A stretch of DNA of 64,000 nucleotides from the NCBI RefSeq assembly GCF_006345805.1, contig NC_043007.1, positions 11,656,001 to 11,720,000 of the forward strand. Direction: 5' to 3'. Position numbers and translations under genes: made by a program. Under the pieces are notes generated by a model. The model was not told the DNA's origin and searched no databases. It worked only from the letters and a program-made list of their open reading frames with translations. The stretch comes from Octopus sinensis. Taxonomy: Eukaryota. Numbering within the stretch: position 1 is the stretch's first letter; every line of letters starts with the position of its first letter. Below are positions 1-12,863 of this stretch, one piece after another.

Positions 1-207
1 GAATTTGTCATTTTCTACAAGTGAGAAGACACAGAGGAAAGAATATAAAGACAGGAACCTCAATCTATTGGAACAAGTTTCCAGTGTAACTGAGTTATAA
101 TTATGTTAGGTTTAGCTTTAATATGATGGTGATGATACACATCCAAATTTGAAGCAGAATCTAGGGCAACTGATGCCGCATTTCAAGTGAGATAACTATA
201 ATTATCT

Positions 208-365
208 GTGTGGTTGGCATTAGGAAGGACATCCAGCTGTAGAAACTCTGCCAGATCAAGATTGGAGCCTGGTGCAGCCATCTGGTTCACCAGTCCTCAA
301 TTAAATCGTCCAACCCATGCTAGCATGGAAAGCTGATGTTAAACGATGATGATGATAATGATGAT
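208..365 (+). mobile_element. Family E retroposon 3' end (RTE-type tail)
   Basis: TGGTTGGCATTAGGAAGG..CATCCAGCTGTAGAAAC..CCAACCCATGCTAGCATGGAAA..(GAT)n. Confidence 0.85.
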
Positions 366-561
366 ATATATATATATATATGTAAAAGTGAGATCCAAGG
401 ATCCAGGTTTAGGAAGTTTGTAAGCCTCAAGCAGTCCATAGATGGTATAAAAAACAATTCTCAGGAACAACAGTGGTTTGTTGGTGTAGAAGGTTGTAAA
501 TTTTTCCCATATCAAAGCTCAATAAGCTGAAAAAGTAATCATTGTGTCAGTTGGCTGTTAA

Positions 562-778
562 CCCTATAGCATTGAACCTGATCATATCCGGCCTAAATTT
601 TCTACCAGTTTTATGTTAAAACAGACTAAATCTGGCCTCTCACACCTTATCATACAATGTCTTTCTAGAACTAAGCAATCACATCATGAAAATGTCTTTG
701 CTTCAAAATAATGTATGATTCATTCGAAATAATGTGAATAAATAAGCATTACATTTAACAGAGAAACCTGCTAAAGGG
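562..778. mobile_element. piggyBac-like MITE
   Basis: TTAA|CCCTATAGCA...TGCTAAAGGG|TTAA: 10-bp TIR (1 mismatch), TTAA on both flanks. Confidence 0.7.
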
Positions 779-849
779 TTAAGGCATCCCTCACATTTAT
801 ACAAAGGCATTTATACAAAATGTAGAGTGAACAATATATATGAGGAGTG

Positions 850-1310
850 TTATATAACTATACTGCGTGGGTAGGAGCATTGATTGTAAAAAAAAAATCG
901 AGGAAGATTGAGAGAAATGAAATGAATATGACTTATTAGATGGTTAAGCAAATATGACTTATTACATAGTGTATGGTTAAACTGTGAAAAAGATAGTCCA
1001 AGTGAGCTGAGAGAGTAGCTAGTATGCAGAAGAAATGGCTAGGTGTTGGTTTGGACATGAGAAGTGAATAGAATAAGTTCCAGTTCAAAAGTGCCACGTG
1101 TTGTTGGAGGTGAAATGTTTGTGGAAGAGAAAGATCAAGAAAAAATGAGTTGTACAGTTAGATCTTAGGATGAGCTTCACAAAAAAAAATTAAAAAATAA
1201 CAAAAAAAACAACAAGATATGAACTGATATGTTTCATGGCAAACCCATCAAACCCATGGTCCATAAAAAAGGGGTATTAAAATGACAACGATGATGATGA
1301 TTTTTTTTCA
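850..1310 (+). mobile_element. Heavily decayed RTE-clade LINE 3' fragment
   Basis: Residual KIERNEMNM and RCWFGH reading patches; ends in a degenerate RTE tail plus (GAT)n. Confidence 0.5.
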
Positions 1311-1912
1311 TTAACAATTTTTAATTTTAATTCAGACTGCTGTTATGAGAAATCTTTATATCTTGTTATTCATTTTGCTTCCAGTTTATTTTTTGTTAAT
1401 TAAAACTCCTGTGTACTTGTATAACCCAATTTGATTAGTAACCATTGTTTAGAATTCTTTAGATAGTTTTTTTTCCCTAATGTAGAAAACAGATGATTAA
1501 ATCTTATGGTAAAATATTATCAGCTCATCTTTTAAAATAAACCTCTTATTTTCACCAGATCAATACAAACCAAATTTAGTAAGTTAAAAATTAGTTTATT
1601 TTTGTGTCGTTTAGTTAAAATTCCTTGCAGGAATACAAAGAATCAATCCTTGATCTTCATATCTATCTCGATAAAAAATAATATAACCTTTCAATTTTCT
1701 CTAACTGCAACAAGCTCTAAAAATATTTTGATAAATTCTAAATTTAGATTTCTGTTGACCTTTTCTCAGAACTAACAGTTCTTTACATTCTTATTCTTGA
1801 AATTGACATGTAAGATTTCAAGAGATGTTGTTTTATGCTGCCTAACTTGACTTTTACTATACTTAGTACAGGACAGTTTCAAGTCTTTGTTGGAGATTAT
1901 ATCTAGAATAAT

Positions 1913-2132
1913 ATTTATTTCTTTATTGCCCACAGGGAGGCTAAACATAGAGAGGACAAACAAGGACAGATAAAGAGATTAAGTCGATTACATTGGCCCC
2001 AGTGCATAACTGGTACTTATTTAATCAACCCCGAAAGGATGAAAGACAAAGTCAACCTCGGTGGAATTTGAACTGAGAATGTCATGGCAGACAAAATATG
2101 GCTAAGCATTTCACCCAACATGCTAACAATTC
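1913..2132 (-). mobile_element. SINE family A (head remnant continues at 2368-2384)
   Basis: Reverse complement of the A consensus; 14-bp direct repeat ATATCTAGAATAAT at 1899-1912 and 2393-2406 brackets the pair. Confidence 0.85.
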
Positions 2133-2367
2133 TTATTTCTTTCTTGCCCACAAGGGGCTAAACATAGAGGGGACAAACAAGGACAGACAAAGGGATTAAG
2201 TCGATTATATCGACCCCAGTGCATAACTGGTACTTAATTTATCAACCCCAAAAGGATAAACGGCAAAGTTGACCTTGGTGGAATTTGAACTCAGAACATA
2301 GTGGCAGACGAAATACCGCTAAGCATTTCGTCCGGCGTGCTAACGTTTCTGCCAGCTCACCGCCTTC
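2133..2367 (-). mobile_element. SINE family A nested in the head of the previous copy
   Basis: Full A copy with A- and B-boxes interrupting the older copy. Confidence 0.9.
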
Positions 2368-3049
2368 TGTCAGCTTGCCACCCTATAGTATAATATCTAG
2401 AATAATGTTAATTTAGTTTATGGTGGTAGTGGTGCATTTCTTTAAGTCTCAATATATTTAGTTGCTCATCTAAAAGAATGTAGCCCCATACAAATCCTGC
2501 ATCTTGATAACTACTAGACCCATGGTACTTGTTGCACTAGATCAACACAAGTTTGAAGGACCAAATGATAACATGTGCATACTGCCTTGTGGAGTAATTT
2601 AGTGAGTATTTAAAAAGGCTAAGGGAGTAAGCCTCTGCAGAAAATCTAGAGGCAGGGACTCCAAGGCAAATATGTACAGTTTTAATTAACCAATACCTGG
2701 CATCCCCTGCAGCTCCATAAATGTTGGGAATGTATTGACTTGTCTTTCCTTCATAGCTTACCCATAAGTGGAGAGGTGGTAGGTGTACCTGAGGTTAGGC
2801 ACTTGCTTCTTGAAACAGCTTATACACTGTAAAAGGGGCTAAGTTACTGTTTCTGCAATGTATATTACCATTGACCAAGAATGAAAAAGGCCAACCATAT
2901 ATTATCAGAAAATGCAATGCTGAAATTAGAATGGAGTATTAAGAACCTTATAATAGATAAAACAAAGCAATAAGGACTTAAGTGTACATGTGGCACTGAA
3001 AACAGGTAAAAGTTAGTTATAAAACCCATGGTAGCCTATTTGGAAAGGA

Positions 3050-3438
3050 GCTGATGCTGTTGCTGTTGAGCGAACGGTCTTCGTCCCAGAGCTCGCAAGA
3101 TAGGAGAAGTCCAAAACATGGTCCTTTGCTATTCATAAGACCTGCAGAAGCGAAAGCAGGTCAACCCCTGACACCGAGAGCATCGACGGATGGATGAATG
3201 CACATCCAGGGTCAGCAGTTGCGTAAGAAGTCGGGGACAAGAAACAGGAAGAAAGAGTGAGAGAAAGTTGGAGTGAAAGAGTACAACAGGGGTCGCCACC
3301 CCCACCCCCTACCAGAGCCTCGCGGAGCTTTAGGTGTTTTCGCTCAATAAACACACACAACGCCTGGTGTGGGAATCAAAACCACGATCCTCCGACCATG
3401 AGTCCGCTGCCCTAACCACTGGGCCATTGCGCCTCCAC
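3050..3438 (-). mobile_element. SINE family C, tail type T1
   Basis: tRNA-like head GTGGAGGCGCAATGGCCCAGTGG..GGTTTTGATTCCC, shared core, unique tail ending in (AACAGC)-like repeats. Confidence 0.85.
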
Positions 3439-4676
3439 TTTCTGCTGCTGCTGATGATGATGATGGTGATGGTGATGATGATGAAAGGCAATCACCATTG
3501 GTAGCATGAACTTTGCACTGGGGTCATGGGTCATTATAGTACTTTGTCACAGCCTTATCAAATGTAAAATGGTCTTCATTGTCTCGCCCTTGTTCTTGCT
3601 GAGAGTAGGCTGTCTTTATTGATAGGAATTCTGTATCAGGTCTGAAACCAAGTATGTAGTTTCCAGTTTTAGGGAATTTGTTGTGAAATTTATTGCTATT
3701 TGGAAGTAGGTAAACACCTTTGCTGGTTCTAGGTGACTGTATTAGTTTGGTGAACTTTTGCCCTTATGATGTTGTTATAAGTGCTACATTGTAAGAGCAG
3801 GGAAGGTAGATAAATGATCCAAATATGATTTATTGGATATGCTGTGTGAACTTAAGATTTAGATTGCATGTGAATGAGTTGACCAAATGATCGATATTAG
3901 AAGCATTGTATGCAGTCGAGTGATAATTACACCGTTGTGGACATGTGATGTGAAAAAGTGTGAAAATTAGAAGAGAAGCATTAGACCAAGGAAAATTTGA
4001 TATGAGGTAGTTAAATGGGAGTGGAGGACTTTAGGCTTTACACCATGAAGCAATCAATATTGGATAAGCGTTTGTGTAAATGTTGTTTGTTCTACCGGTT
4101 GGTGGTGCTAGTATCGGAAGCAGTAAAGGCAACTGTAGTGATAACAATGACGACGACGACGACAACGACTATTATTATTATTATTAATATAATAATAATA
4201 ATAGTAATAATAATAGCTATGTTATTGTATAATTATTTCGGAAAGCTATTCAGGGGGGACGTAGGTAAATACTGCTTTAAATACATTGAAAAAATTGTAA
4301 CCAACTGATATTGAAACACTTCACTTGTACAAACTGTACTCGGTTTCAGAGAGTTCAAATATGTTTAGCACCATACATAAACTTTTATGGAATGTCTGGC
4401 AATTTTAACTTAGAAGGTATTTCTAAATAGATTACACTATCTGATGTTTCTGGCAGCTTGTTGTTTCCGAAGCTTATATATTTATTTATTTATCTATGTA
4501 TTTATTTATTAGCTGTAATTCTATCCATAAAAATAATCTGTACTTTCAGAAGCCAACAAGCCAATGGAAAAATATTGAAATGGAAAGTGTTTGTTTTGTA
4601 TCAGTTGTTTATGACATTTTAGTATGTTGCTGCCATAATGTCCCACGATGGTTTTTTTTTTTGGTTTTGGTATTGT

Positions 4677-4717
4677 TATATATATATATATATATATATA
4701 TACACTCCTACACACAC

Positions 4718-4749
<32 letters not shown>

Positions 4750-4912
4750 ATATATGTGTGTATGTGTGTGTGTGTATATATATGTGTGTGTGTGTATATA
4801 TATATATATGCATATATATATATATGCATATATATATATGTATGTATATATATATGTATGTATATATATATGTATGTATATATATATATGTATGTATATA
4901 TATATATGTATG

Positions 4913-4952
<40 letters not shown>

Positions 4953-5126
4953 TGTATGTATATATATATATGTATATATGTATGTATATATATATATGTA
5001 TATATGTATGTATATATATGTATATATATGTATGTATATATATGTGTATATATATGTGTATATATATGTATATATATATATATATATGTATGTATATATG
5101 TATGTATATATATATATATGTATATA
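4677..5126. repeat. Compound (TA)/(TG)/(TATG) microsatellite
   Basis: Directly visible. Confidence 0.98.
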
Positions 5127-5366
5127 TTGTTGTGTATTTGTATTTCTTATCTTCATGTTTCAGACAAATAAAATGCTTAAGTATTGACAAAATGATGTAT
5201 TACCCAAACATATATTTTACCTACTTGCATACGATGTTTGTGGGGGGTTTTTTTTTTTTTTGTTTTTGGTTTTTTAAAGTTTATAGGAATCGGAAAATCT
5301 ACCCTAGTGTGTGCCGGAAACAAAATGCTTTCCATATAAAACTAAGCTGATTTCTTTTACACTTAC

Positions 5367-5479
5367 CAATTCTTCCACCCCCCACTACTTCTGGGTCTCT
5401 TTCTTTTCTTTGATTTAATATCTAGACAATGTTTAAGAATAGTTCCATATTTCTCAGATGCCTTATCAGAATAAAACCG
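5367..5479 (-). CDS. Candidate internal exon of an unidentified gene (RFYSDKASEKYGTILKHCLDIKSKKRKRPRSSGGWKN)
   Basis: Minus-strand acceptor TCCATCTCCTCAG, donor G|GTAAGT, one open frame over 113 nt; no recognisable homology. Confidence 0.2.
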
Positions 5480-6449
5480 CTGAGGAGATGGATAAAATTT
5501 TTTTTTTAAAAAAAGAATTTTAAAATTGCCTATATGATGACCTGTTGAGAGAATATTTTCCAAATTTGGTGCCTGAAGACAATCATATGATGAATAAATG
5601 GGAATTAAATGTATATAAAATACATGAATATCTGATTAATCTTTTCCTATACTCGCAGTGAAGATCAATATAGAAGTAAAAAATCTAGAAACGTTACCTC
5701 TGTCTGTCTTTTATGTACGTATGTGTGTATATATCTATGCATGCACATATGTTTATATATGTATATTTATAAATGTATGTATATATAATGTATTTATGTA
5801 TGTCTGTATATATTTATATATGTATGTATATATAAATATATATATGTATGTGTTGTGTGTATATGTACATATATGCAAGTGTGTGTGTGTGTGTGTGTTT
5901 ATGTACATGTATGTATATGTATGTATATATATCTACATACAGCATTTGTGATTCCCTGTTCTTACAAAGATCTAAAATATGTTGTACTTTTTAAATAAAT
6001 ATGAACTTTTCCTCTCTCTCTTCCAGCCAATGCTATTTTATTTATCCTACCGCTGCCGTCTTTCCTTGCAATATACCACTTATTTCTTCTTAGTAACCAA
6101 AACGTAGCCATTGGAAATAACATCTTACAATACCATCTCACTGCTTTGGGATTTTCCATTAGTTTGCTGCTTTCTTTTTGGTTTGTTTTCTTTTCTTTTC
6201 TTTTTTCTTTTCTTATTGTTGTTTAGTTGCTAATATCTATAATCATGCAGGAAGGACTTTGCATTTTTGCCGTTTTTTTTGCTTTCGGGAATTTACTCTC
6301 ATCTTGTTCCTACCATATGGTGACCTAAGACTTGGATTAGTGGAATTATCTAGATACATTTGTAGAAATGTGATTCGTAAAATGAGATTGATTTTTCAGC
6401 AGTTTTTACGTGCTCTTTCCATTGTTACATATGCCAAGATAAGGGACTT

Positions 6450-6480
<31 letters not shown>

Positions 6481-6705
6481 TCGATCTGCTAGAAATAGCA
6501 GTATGATGTGTTTCAAATCACATCCTATCATCCTGAATGAAAATAAAAAAGAAAAATGAAAAAGATATAATGGACAATGTAGTCTGAAAAGATAAGTGTA
6601 GTCAAAGCTAGAGTACCTTTAATTATAGGCCCATGCTATCATGGTTGGCCAGGAATTAGATAACACATCAATAGAAGCTAAATGGTTTTTCAAATTTTAA
6701 CCACA

Positions 6706-6940
6706 CAGCTACAGATTGTGTGGTTAAGAAGCTTGTTCCTCAATCATACAGCTTTGGGTTCAGTCCCATTGCATGGTACCTTGGGCAAATGTCTTCTACT
6801 ATAGCCCTGAGTTGACTAAAGCCTAATGAGTGAATTTGATGGACAGAAATCGAAACAAACCTATTATATACTTATCTACATATATGTGTGTGCGTTGTGT
6901 TTGTCCCCTACCACCTCTTGACAATTGGTGTGTCCATCTC
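6706..6940 (+). mobile_element. SINE family B, 3'-truncated and decayed
   Basis: TGTGTGGTTAAGAAGC..GGGTTCAGTCCC..ACCTTGGGCAAATGTCTT. Confidence 0.85.
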
Positions 6941-7059
6941 CACTGAGTAGAGGACTAGACATGTACAGATGTGCACTGAAGTTGCAGCATCTCCAGTAAC
7001 TCCTTGTTAGTAAACAGGTGTGATCACCATTTGTTAAGTTAAATTTTCTCCTTGTTTAA

Positions 7060-7270
7060 CCCTTTCATTGCCATATTTATTTTGTGATGCTCTGTGTTTC
7101 TTTCAATTAATTTTAAATATAACAAAGAATTTAGTAAAATAACTTAGTTGTCATTCAGCTAGTGTTAAGAACGTAAACTGTGACTAAGGTTTGGTGGAAG
7201 ATTTTAATTCAATACTTATGAAAGTAAGACATTTGTACTACAGAGCCAGAGGCGGTTTAAGTTGGGTTGG
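7060..7270. mobile_element. piggyBac-like MITE, right end eroded
   Basis: TTAA|CCCTTTCATTGCC start; highly similar to 7295-7510 and 24013-24206. Confidence 0.7.
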
Positions 7271-7294
7271 TTTAAAATATCATGGTGACTTTAA

Positions 7295-7510
7295 CCTTTT
7301 AGTTACCATATTTCTGTTGAGATGCTCTGTGTTTCTTTCAATTAATTTTAAATATAACAAAGAATTTAGTAAAATAACTTAGTTATCATTCAGCTAGTGT
7401 TAGGAACATAAACTGTGACTAAGGTTTGGTGGAAGATTTTAAATCAAAACCTTTGAAAACAAGACATTTGTACTACAGAGCCAGAGGCAGTTTCAGCCGG
7501 GTTGGCGTCA
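7295..7510. mobile_element. piggyBac-like MITE, second tandem copy
   Basis: TTAA|CCTTTTAGTTACC start; near-identical to 7060-7270. Confidence 0.7.
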
Positions 7511-7852
7511 ATTGCTGAAATCTTTTTTCTGTTTAAAACACCAACTTGAAGAAGCTAAGTACATGTTTTGAAGTTTCATTTACTGAGACACAGGGCTGTG
7601 ACATAATCATCATCATCATCTTATTTAACATCCGTGTCCCTCTGTTAACAAGGGCTGTGTCATACCGAAGAAGAAACATTGTATAGAAGGAAATGGATCT
7701 TCATCAATTCCAACAATAGGTGTTCAGTTCTTTGATCATCTGGGTTACCTAATCAGTAAATTAACATAAAAATGGCTGAGTGTACCTAGAATACTCAAAT
7801 CTGTCACTACGGTAAAAGGTACTTAACCAACTTGGGATTCAACCCAGGGTCT

Positions 7853-8022
7853 TATATATATGATAGGCTTCTTCCAGTTTCTGTCTACCAAATCCACTCA
7901 CAAGGCTTTGGTTGGCCCGAGGCTATAGTAGTAGATACTTGCCCAAGGTACCATGTTGTGGGATTGAACCTGAAACCACTTAGTTGCAAAGCAAGCATTT
8001 TAACCACACACCCATATCTGCA
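7853..8022 (-). mobile_element. SINE family B, 5' half
   Basis: Reverse complement of B head and CORE-like motif. Confidence 0.85.
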
Positions 8023-9474
8023 TGACTACGATACAAATCTGATCTCGTAACTGAAAGGTTTGAAATTGAATACATAAATTATAGTAATCAGTTACTAAGT
8101 CATTAATCTGACACAGGATCTCGTTTGAAGTGATTATTTGGTCAGTTGCCTGGCTATGTCTTGCTCATTTAAGGAGACAGAATTCTTAACACCACTTAAC
8201 AATCAATGAATACTCGATGGGGTGAAAAGTGTTGTGTGTTGTCAGCAAACAGCATCATTGGAAGTGGTGTAGTTTGGCCTCAAAATGTTGGACTTCGCAG
8301 ATGAGATGGCATGGAATCAGAATGACTTGTGATTTACTGAAGTGTAGCTAGCTTCTATCCAACCCACTCCATACCAATATAGAGGAAAATGGTTGTTGAA
8401 TCAGTGTTAATGATGGCTTCAAGACAGAAGAGGTTAATTTTGAGGGGGGAAGAAATTCTTTGCTGAATTAGCATTTTTACAGACTTAATTAGAAAGTTTT
8501 GTTAGCACAAAATTAGAATTAGTTTTTTTTTACTTTGCAAACGAAGTTAGAAGTGATTTCTTCTGGATAACTGGATCTTATAGGATTTTAAAATACATTT
8601 CTTTCTTTCTTTTATTATATATATATTATTAATGTTGTTGTTCTTCTTCTTCTTGTTCTTGTTCTTCTTGTTGTTCTTCTTCTTCTTATCATTATTATTA
8701 TTATTATTATTATTGATTGGGAAATCTTTGAGAAGTGTTTCATCACTGTTATTATCATTTTCATTATTATCACATTCAGTGTTAACCTCATAATTTTATC
8801 ATTACAATTATTATTATTATTAATCTTTCGTTTGCCAAATAGTTATCATTTTGTATTTTTACCTAATGATAATCAATGTATAATTTTCATTAATGTCATC
8901 CGAATGACTCCAACTTATATTTTCTTGCCTCTTTATAAATTACTCACTAGTCTATCTAACACGTTCGTGTATTATTCATATATTTCGTATATTCTCATTA
9001 AATGATGATGATGATGGAGATGATGACAATGCTGATGATAACGGTGTCAATGGCAACGGTAATGGAAATGATGAAGAAATTTTGGTTGACTGAGAGATTT
9101 CTGGTGGGTGGAATATGGTATTGAAAGTACAGAGCAGAGATCCAGTATTGTTTGTGAATATTTGAATACAATAAGATGTGGCAGACAAAGAGAAGAGAAT
9201 GGTTTATAATGAATGATAGGTTCCATTTTTGTTTTTTGAATAAAGCAATATTTTGAACTCTTTTTTTTTTTTTTGTTAGAAGATTTCAGAAATATAAAAA
9301 ACAAAATGTTCTATTTATCTCATACATGTTTGAAAAACTGTCATTGTTTGACTTTTTCTGGTTAAAAATGTATTTCAAAGGAGAAAGCTCTATGTACTTC
9401 AGGTTGAGGAGAATAAAAGTTGTGATATTCATGCCTTTCTTGAAGGCATACATTATGTAAATGTTATGTCATGA

Positions 9475-9852
9475 CACTCCGTCGGTTGCGACGACAAGGA
9501 TTCCAGTTGATCTAATCAACAGAACAGCCTGCTCATGAAATTAACGTACAAGTGGCTGAGCACTCCACAGACACCTGTACCCTTAATGTAGTTCTAGGGA
9601 TGATTCAGCGTGACACAGAGTGAGACAAGGCTGGCCCATTGAAATACAGATACAACAGAAACAGGAAGAAGGAGTGAGAAAAAGTTGTGGTGAAAGAGTA
9701 CAGCAGGGTTCACCACCATCCCCTGTCAGAGCCTTGTGGAACTTTAAGTGTTTTTGCTCAATAAACACTCACAACGCCCGGTCTGGGAATCGAAACCACG
9801 ATCCTACGACCGCAAGTCCGCAGCCCTAACCACTTGGCCATTGCACCTCCAC
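9475..9852 (-). mobile_element. SINE family C, tail type T2, full length
   Basis: Head, core and tail ..CAACCGACGGAGTG; CATTATGTAA repeated at 9451-9460 and 9852-9861 (likely TSD). Confidence 0.9.
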
Positions 9853-9860
9853 ATTATGTA

Positions 9861-10083
9861 ATGCCAGTCCATCACAGCATTACTCAAGAAACAGGAAGAA
9901 AGAGTGAGAAAAAGTTGGGGCAAAAGAGTACAACAGGGGTTGCCACTACCCCCTGCTGGAGCCTCATGGAGCTTTTAGGTGTTTTCACTCAATAAACACA
10001 TACAACGCCCGGTCTGGGAATCGAAACTGTGATCCTACAACCGTGAGTCCGCTGCCCTAACCACTGGGCCATTGTGCCTCCAC
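9861..10083 (-). mobile_element. SINE family C, short tail type T3
   Basis: Head and core, then TTGAGTAATGCTGTGATGGACTGGCAT. Confidence 0.85.
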
Positions 10084-10829
10084 TGTGCCTATTATACACT
10101 GTGGAAATTATCAATCTACTGTAAAGCTTGAGTAATTTATAGATTCAAAAAGTAGATGCTAAGCATACTTTCAATTACACATTTTCATTTAGCGGAGGAA
10201 GAACATCTAGAGTCAGTTCAAATTCTGTTTCTTACAACGCAGAAGTTGAGGTGGTTGAAACTATTTGGAATTTCTGCAAGCTAAGAAGTCTCAACCATAA
10301 CAACAAAAAAAAAAGAAAACGTTAAAGTTTGTTATGGTTGCAGTCTTAGTGATAAATATTTGGACAAAGTGTTTGAGTGCAACATGTTGGTGATGAGAGA
10401 CACTCTTCCCTAAGAAACTACAGCTTTTAGTTTATCATTGATATCTATTTTAGAAAACCAAACTTAACCAGCTGAAAATATCTGTCCAATTTTCTCATAC
10501 TTTCCCTACCAACTTGCCTCTTGTATTATATACAATAAACAGACACTGTATTTATAATAAACAGATATGACAGAAGAGATAAAATAGTGGCACAGTTTCT
10601 ATGCCTTATATTTTTTTAATACTATATTATTTCTCTTTATTTTTGTTAAAAAAAAAATATTTGATGAATGTTTTGGGTCTCATTCCACATTATGAAGCTG
10701 TTCCGTGTTGCACTCAGCTTTAGTCAAAATCCTTTGTCATAACATTCTTTTATCTGCTACATTGTTTTCTTTGATGCTTTGAAAGATGGAATAAACACCA
10801 TCAGAAAATCTTACTTAAATATTTTTCCA

Positions 10830-10998
10830 TAGGCATAGAAGTGGCTGTGTGGTAAGTAGCTTGCTTACCAACCACATGTTTCCAGGTTTAGTCCCACTTT
10901 GTGGCACCTTGGGCAAGTGTTTTCTGCTATAGCCTCGGGCCAGCCAAAGCCTTGTGAGTGGATTCGGTAGACGGAAACCGAAAGAAACTCGTTGTGTG

Positions 10999-11035
<37 letters not shown>

Positions 11036-11240
11036 ATGTTTGTGTGTCTGTGTTTGTCCCCCCAAAATCGCTTGACAACTGATGCTGGTGTGTTTACGTC
11101 CCTGTAACTTGGCAGTTCAGCAAAAGACACCGATAGAATAAATATTAGGCTTACAAAGAATAAGTCCTGGGATCGATTTGCTCGACTAAAGGCAATGCTC
11201 CAGCATGGCCTCAGTCAAATGACTGAATCAAGTAAAAGAG
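10830..11240 (+). mobile_element. SINE family B, full length (candidate octopus OR-type CORE-SINE, unverified)
   Basis: A-box TGGCTGTGTGG, B-box GGTTTAGTCCC, GGCACCTTGGGCAAGTG, internal (TA)n(TG)n, end GACTGAATCAAGTAAAAGAG. Confidence 0.9.
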
Positions 11241-11554
11241 TATAGCCTCAGGCCGACCAAAGCCTTGTGAGTGGATTTGGTAGACGGAAACTGAAAGAAG
11301 CCTGTCGTATATATGTATATATATATGTATGTGTGTGTATATGTTTGTGTGTCTGCATTTGTCCCCCCCCCCCCAACATCGGTTGACAACTGATGCTGGT
11401 GTGTTTACGTCCCTGTAACTTAGCGGTTCGGTAAAAGAGACCGATAGAATAAGTACTAGGTTCACAAAGAATAAGTCCTGGGGTCGATTTGCTCAACTAA
11501 AGGCGTTGCTCCAGCATAGCCACAGTCAAATGACTGAAACAAATAAAAGAGTAT
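11241..11554 (+). mobile_element. SINE family B, 5'-truncated, fused head-to-tail to the previous copy
   Basis: Starts at the internal TATAGCCTC motif. Confidence 0.9.
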
Positions 11555-12150
11555 AAATGAGAAGATGGTTTTGGGATGTATCTGTAATTGTATTCTCAGT
11601 CGTTCACTATCATCAATACAATGGCAGCAGAAGCTGTGACTATAAGTCTATTCCTTCTTTAAATTCTATCTTACATAACAGTTTTTGGTCTTTCTTTTGA
11701 TTGACCTCCATATCCATAAATAACTACATCCATTAATAACATAACGTTGATCTTTATGGATATGCAGTACAGTTTGAAATTTTATTAAGCTTTCTGCCAA
11801 AATCTGGAAAGGCTGCCAGATATTGTTCTGTTTCCACTATCCTGGAGAGAGTGAAATCTTACTTTGCGAGATATGCCAATATTTTTCTTCCCTCCTTAAC
11901 CAAAACTGTGTTAATGGTTTGTTATTACAGTTTGGTGACTTAAATAGATAACAGGATTGCACAACCAGCTTTTGTACTGCACTGGGGGCTTTTAAATACT
12001 TTTGATGACTTATTGGTGCTGCCCTTGTTTTCTGAAAAATCATCCTGGAAATTGATAAATATAAAAAAAAAAAGACAAAACTATCCAGAATCCAATCATT
12101 CTAGTAATAAATATTCAATAGTTTCTCCACCAAAATTGTGCAAAGTTAAT

Positions 12151-12523
12151 CTTTTATCTTTCATCTTTTAATTGTTTCTGTGATTGGACTGTGGCCATGC
12201 TGGGCACCACCTTAAAGGGTTTAAATGATCAAATTGACCCCAGTACTTATTCTGTCAGTTTCTTTTACCAAAACCACTAAGTTACAGGGACGTAAACAAC
12301 ACAGCCTTAGTTGTTAAGCAGTGGGAGTGGGATATGCACACACACACACACACAGAGAGAGGCTTCCACACAGTTTCCAATCTACCAAATTTACTCACAA
12401 GACAGTGGTCAACTTGAAGATATAGTTGAAGACTACTACATAAGATGCCATGCAGTTGGGACTGAACCCAAAGCCATAGGGTTGCAAAGCGAACTTCTTA
12501 ACCACACAGCCACATCTCTGCCT
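12151..12523 (-). mobile_element. SINE family B, decayed
   Basis: Reverse complement of the B consensus. Confidence 0.8.
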
Positions 12524-12639
12524 AAGAAGAAATGCGTTTTATTTTCTTTTGAAATTATCACAGTTCTTAAAGTATTTTTACTGTCAAAGAAGATAATGGA
12601 TCACAAAAATGGTACTGCTGGGATCAAATTCTGATTTGA

Positions 12640-12863
12640 CCCTTTTGTTGCCATGTTTCTCTTAGAATACACTGGTTTTGTTTCAATAAATGTTGAAAAT
12701 AATAATTTAGTAAAATAACTTTGTCCTTATTAAGCTGATGTTTGGAATAGAAATAAGCAGGAAATTTTGGTGGAAAGCTTTAATTTAGGGTCACCTTAAA
12801 ACAGGAAGTTTGTATCATAGAACCAGAGGTATTTTGATACCAGGCATGTTGGTATCAAAAGGG
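12640..12863. mobile_element. piggyBac-like MITE (diverged relative of the 7060 family)
   Basis: TTGA|CCCTTTTGTTGCCA...TGGTATCAAAAGGG|TTAA; 14-bp TIR. Confidence 0.7.

Noticed and set aside
3510-3800. Possible decayed LINE RT on the minus strand (..ILGFRPD..FTFDKA..)
   Set aside because: The motif resemblance is too weak to support without a profile search.
4496-5350. Long Y/I/C/V/M-rich ORFs (also at 18.3, 30.2, 34.6, 35.7, 40.7 and 50.3 kb)
   Set aside because: They are translations of (TA)/(TG) microsatellites, open in several frames on both strands.
10292-10340. 12-bp stem CAACCATAACAA/TTGTTATGGTTG with an A-rich loop
   Set aside because: Short and low-complexity, with no supporting context.
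10815-11078. Recurring short ORFs such as FRLPNPLTRLW.. or YQIHSQGFG..
   Set aside because: Chance frames through B SINE copies; similar artefacts come from families A, C and E.
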